A stretch of 64,000 bases of DNA, taken from assembly GCA_001794125.1 (NCBI GenBank), contig MGJF01000002.1, positions 108,514-172,513 on the forward strand, written 5' to 3'. Of the stretch, positions 61,529-64,000 are shown in pieces. Within the stretch, counting starts at the first letter, position 1; each line of letters opens with the position of its first letter. The notes under the pieces are model-generated. The model was not told the DNA's origin and did no database searches. It was given only the letters and a program-made list of their open reading frames with translations. The translations under genes were made by a program, and so were the position numbers. Origin of the DNA: Candidatus Yanofskybacteria bacterium RIFCSPHIGHO2_01_FULL_43_32 (GTDB taxonomy: Bacteria > Patescibacteriota > Minisyncoccia > 2-02-FULL-40-12 > GWA2-44-9).

Positions 61529-62983
61529 ATGGCTTTAGACGAAATTCGTAAGACAAAAATTAAGAAAGTTGAAGAATTAAGGAAATCAGGTATTGACCCG
61601 TATCCGGCAAGTTCGGCGCGGACAAATTCCATTAAGGAAGCTATTGAAAATTATGATGAATGGAAGGACAAAAACACGATTACTTTAGCCGGAAGAATAA
61701 TGGCAAGAAGAGAACACGGCGGTTCCACGTTTTTTGATATTGACGATGGTTCCGGCAATATTCAGGCATATATTAAAGAAGACGTGGTCGGCTCTGATGA
61801 ATACAAACATTTTCAGGAGTCCGTAGATCGCGGAGATTTTATTGAAGTAGAAGGACAGCTTAAAGACACTAAAAGGCAGGAAAAAACTATTTATGTAAAC
61901 AAGTATAGTTTGCTTACCAAGGCATTATTGCCTTTGCCGGAAAAATGGCACGGCTTGGAAAATGAAGAAGAACGGCTCCGCAAGAGATATCTGGACTTAA
62001 TCATGAATCCGGAAGAGAAAGAGCTGTTTATTAAAAAATCCCGTTTTTGGCAGGCGACCAGAGAATTTTTAATTAAAGAAGGCGGGCTGGAAGTGGAAAC
62101 CCCCGTTCTTGAGCAGATTCCCGGCGGAGCTGATGCGGAACCGTTTAAGACGCATATGAACGCTTTAGACATGGATCTTTATTTGAGAATTGCTCCGGAA
62201 CTTCATTTGAAACGGTTGGTTGTTGCCGGATTTGAAAAAGTTTTTGAAATAGGCAGGATATTTCGAAATGAGGGAATTGATCGCGAGCATTTGCAGGACT
62301 ATACCCAGATGGAAATGTATTGGGCGTACTATGATTATGAAAAGTTGATGGAACTTGTCGAACGGCTGGTAAGGAATGTAGTTATGGAAACCCTCGGAAC
62401 TCTTTCGCATCAATACCGTGGCAAGGATATTAACTGGGAAAACAAATGGAAACATTACGATTATTTTGATGAATTTAATAAATATACCTGCTTGAATTTA
62501 AGGGATATAAGCGAAAGGGATTTAAAAAAATATGCGGAAAAAGAAGGGATAGACACCTCGCTTCATGTCGGTAAGGGCAGGTTAATTGACGTAATATTCA
62601 AAAAGAAAGTGCGGCCGGAATTATGGGAAACTGGATTTTTGGTTTTGCCACCGGTTGATATAGAACCATTGGCAAAAAGATCGCCTGAAAACTATAATAA
62701 GGTGAAAAGATTTCAAATAATGGCTGGGGGCACGGAATTGGGCAAAGGGTTTTCAGAATTAAACGATCCGCTGGACCAGCGCAAGCGTTTTGAAGAGCAA
62801 ACAAAACTTCGGGAAAAAGGGGATAAAGAAGCCCAAAGAATGGATGATGACTTTGTTGAGGCATTGGAATACGGCATGCCGCCGACAGCGGGATTTGCCT
62901 ATTCTGAAAGATTATTTTCTTTTATAATGGACAGGTCGGTTAGAGAAACCGTATTTTTCCCATTAATGAAGCATAGAGATTAA
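61529..62983 (+). CDS. lysS: lysine--tRNA ligase (class II)
   Basis: N-terminal OB-fold, class II motifs (FRNEGID, GGTELGKGFSELNDP, GMPPTAGFAYSERL). Confidence 0.9.
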   Translation: MALDEIRKTKIKKVEELRKSGIDPYPASSARTNSIKEAIENYDEWKDKNTITLAGRIMARREHGGSTFFDIDDGSGNIQAYIKEDVVGSDEYKHFQESVDRGDFIEVEGQLKDTKRQEKTIYVNKYSLLTKALLPLPEKWHGLENEEERLRKRYLDLIMNPEEKELFIKKSRFWQATREFLIKEGGLEVETPVLEQIPGGADAEPFKTHMNALDMDLYLRIAPELHLKRLVVAGFEKVFEIGRIFRNEGIDREHLQDYTQMEMYWAYYDYEKLMELVERLVRNVVMETLGTLSHQYRGKDINWENKWKHYDYFDEFNKYTCLNLRDISERDLKKYAEKEGIDTSLHVGKGRLIDVIFKKKVRPELWETGFLVLPPVDIEPLAKRSPENYNKVKRFQIMAGGTELGKGFSELNDPLDQRKRFEEQTKLREKGDKEAQRMDDDFVEALEYGMPPTAGFAYSERLFSFIMDRSVRETVFFPLMKHRD

Positions 62984-62984
62984 T

Positions 62985-64000
62985 ATGTTAGATATAAAAT
63001 TTATTAGAAATAATCAGGAGAAAGTCAGAGAAGCCATCAAGAACAAGAATGTTGATTTGGATTTGGATAAACTTTTGGCTGCCGATGAAAGGCGCAGGCA
63101 CTTATTGAGCGAATCAGAAGCGCTGAAGGCGGAACAAAACAAGCGTTCCAAGGGCCCGCAGTCGCCGGTTGATTTGGAAGAATTAAAGGCCCTAAAAGAG
63201 AAGAAGAAATTGGTAGAGAATGAGTTGGCTTGCGTAGAAGAGGATTTTGGAAAATTGATGTCGCAGGTGCCTAATATTCCATCCGAAGATACTCCGGTCG
63301 GGCCCGATGAATCGGGGAATAAGATTTTAGGGCAATGGGGTAAGATAAAGAATTTTGATTTCAAACCCAAGGAGCATTGGGAGCTTGGTGAGTCTTTGGA
63401 TTTGATTGACAGCGAAAGAGCGGCCAAAGTTTCCGGAGCGAGGTTTACTTACCTGAAACGCGGATTGGTTTTGATGGAATTTGCTATTATTCAATACGGA
63501 CTTTCGGTTTTAACTGATGAAAAATTACTAAAGAAAATTATAAAAAAATCAGGATTGGATATAAGACTGACTCCATTTATCCCTATCCTTCCGCCTGTTT
63601 TCATAAAACCTGATGTTTTTCAAAAAATGGCCCGTCTGGAACCGAAAGAAGAAAGATATCACATTCCAACCGACGACTTATATTTGATTGGAAGTGCCGA
63701 GCATACTATGGGTTCTATGCATATGGATGAAACGTTTAAAGAAGAGGATTTGCCTGTCCGTTACGTAGGATTTTCTACCGCTTTCAGAAGGGAGGCCGGT
63801 TCTTATGGAAAGGACATGAAAGGTATTTTGAGAGTTCATCAATTTGATAAATTGGAGATGGAATCATTTTGTCTGCCGGAGAATTCTATAAAAGAACAGG
63901 ATTTCTTTGTGGCTATTCAGGAATATTTCTTCCAAGAATTAAATATACCCTATCAGGTTGTGGCAATTTGCACAGGCGATATGGGAGGACCTGATGCCAG
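62985..64000 (+). CDS. serS: serine--tRNA ligase (3' partial, runs off window)
   Basis: ATG 62985 right after the lysS stop. N-terminal coiled-coil arm (MLDIKFIRNNQEKVREAIKNKN...), then class II core (FRREAGSYGKD). It is absent from the ORF track because no stop falls in the window. Confidence 0.85.
   Translation, partial: MLDIKFIRNNQEKVREAIKNKNVDLDLDKLLAADERRRHLLSESEALKAEQNKRSKGPQSPVDLEELKALKEKKKLVENELACVEEDFGKLMSQVPNIPSEDTPVGPDESGNKILGQWGKIKNFDFKPKEHWELGESLDLIDSERAAKVSGARFTYLKRGLVLMEFAIIQYGLSVLTDEKLLKKIIKKSGLDIRLTPFIPILPPVFIKPDVFQKMARLEPKEERYHIPTDDLYLIGSAEHTMGSMHMDETFKEEDLPVRYVGFSTAFRREAGSYGKDMKGILRVHQFDKLEMESFCLPENSIKEQDFFVAIQEYFFQELNIPYQVVAICTGDMGGPDA

Noticed and set aside
1-64000. CRISPR arrays, rRNA genes and additional tRNAs
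   Set aside because: No regularly spaced direct repeats with unique spacers anywhere. The only T-loop-like GGTTCGAA boxes outside tRNA-Lys lie inside Rep-A copies and do not fold into cloverleaves. No rRNA-like conserved blocks.

Overview
This window reads like a small-genome, AT-leaning (roughly 40-45% GC) bacterium of the Candidate Phyla Radiation / Patescibacteria type. That lineage call is an inference from gene content: sortase plus an LPXTG surface protein, a sigma-70 region-4-only protein, an archaeal-type AspRS, FemX, a TraD/VirD4-like ATPase, and many short genes. Most of the window is ordinary housekeeping. Recognised genes include secD/secF, a peptidoglycan and cell-shape block (ddl, S11 carboxypeptidase, mraY, ftsW, femX-like, murE, murG, mreBCD, PBP2), uvrB, ruvA, lon, aspS, proS, lysS, serS (3' partial), rpsT, frr, greA, holB, rseP, PolX, UDG4, a LOG-family protein, a beta-CASP RNase, subtilisin, MgtC, DedA, Nudix, a PLP-dependent Cys/Met enzyme, and one tRNA-Lys(TTT) on the minus strand. 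There are no CRISPR arrays or rRNA genes.

Three things stand out.

1. At least seven compositionally foreign, GC-rich transcription units (50-60% GC) sit between housekeeping genes. Each is a self-contained cassette with a near-consensus TTGACA-17/18-TATAAT promoter, a strong Shine-Dalgarno and a GC-clamped intrinsic terminator. They are: a DUF397 protein (7255-7464); a secreted Pro-rich protein (31247-31759, minus); a PQ-loop-like membrane protein (37232-37813, minus); an 86-aa His/Pro-rich basic protein with tandem terminators (39577-39837); a two-gene operon of a Cys-rich three-TM membrane protein plus a LemA-family protein (48599-50814); and an AbrB-like/coiled-coil protein (60670-61134, minus).

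2. Several interspersed repeat families: a hairpin family (Rep-B, six copies with compensatory stem changes); a ~175-bp palindromic MITE-like family with terminal inverted repeats (Rep-A, three copies plus a short variant nested inside a Rep-B loop); a ~200-bp leader repeat upstream of secD and an HD-domain gene (Rep-C) carrying a palindromic insertion with an apparent GACGAG target duplication; and a ~60-nt motif shared by the regions upstream of UDG and rseP.

3. An att-like partial duplication of the tRNA-Lys 3' end 190 bp from the tRNA.

All functional calls come from motif recognition in the supplied translations without database searches. Starts are approximate where noted.
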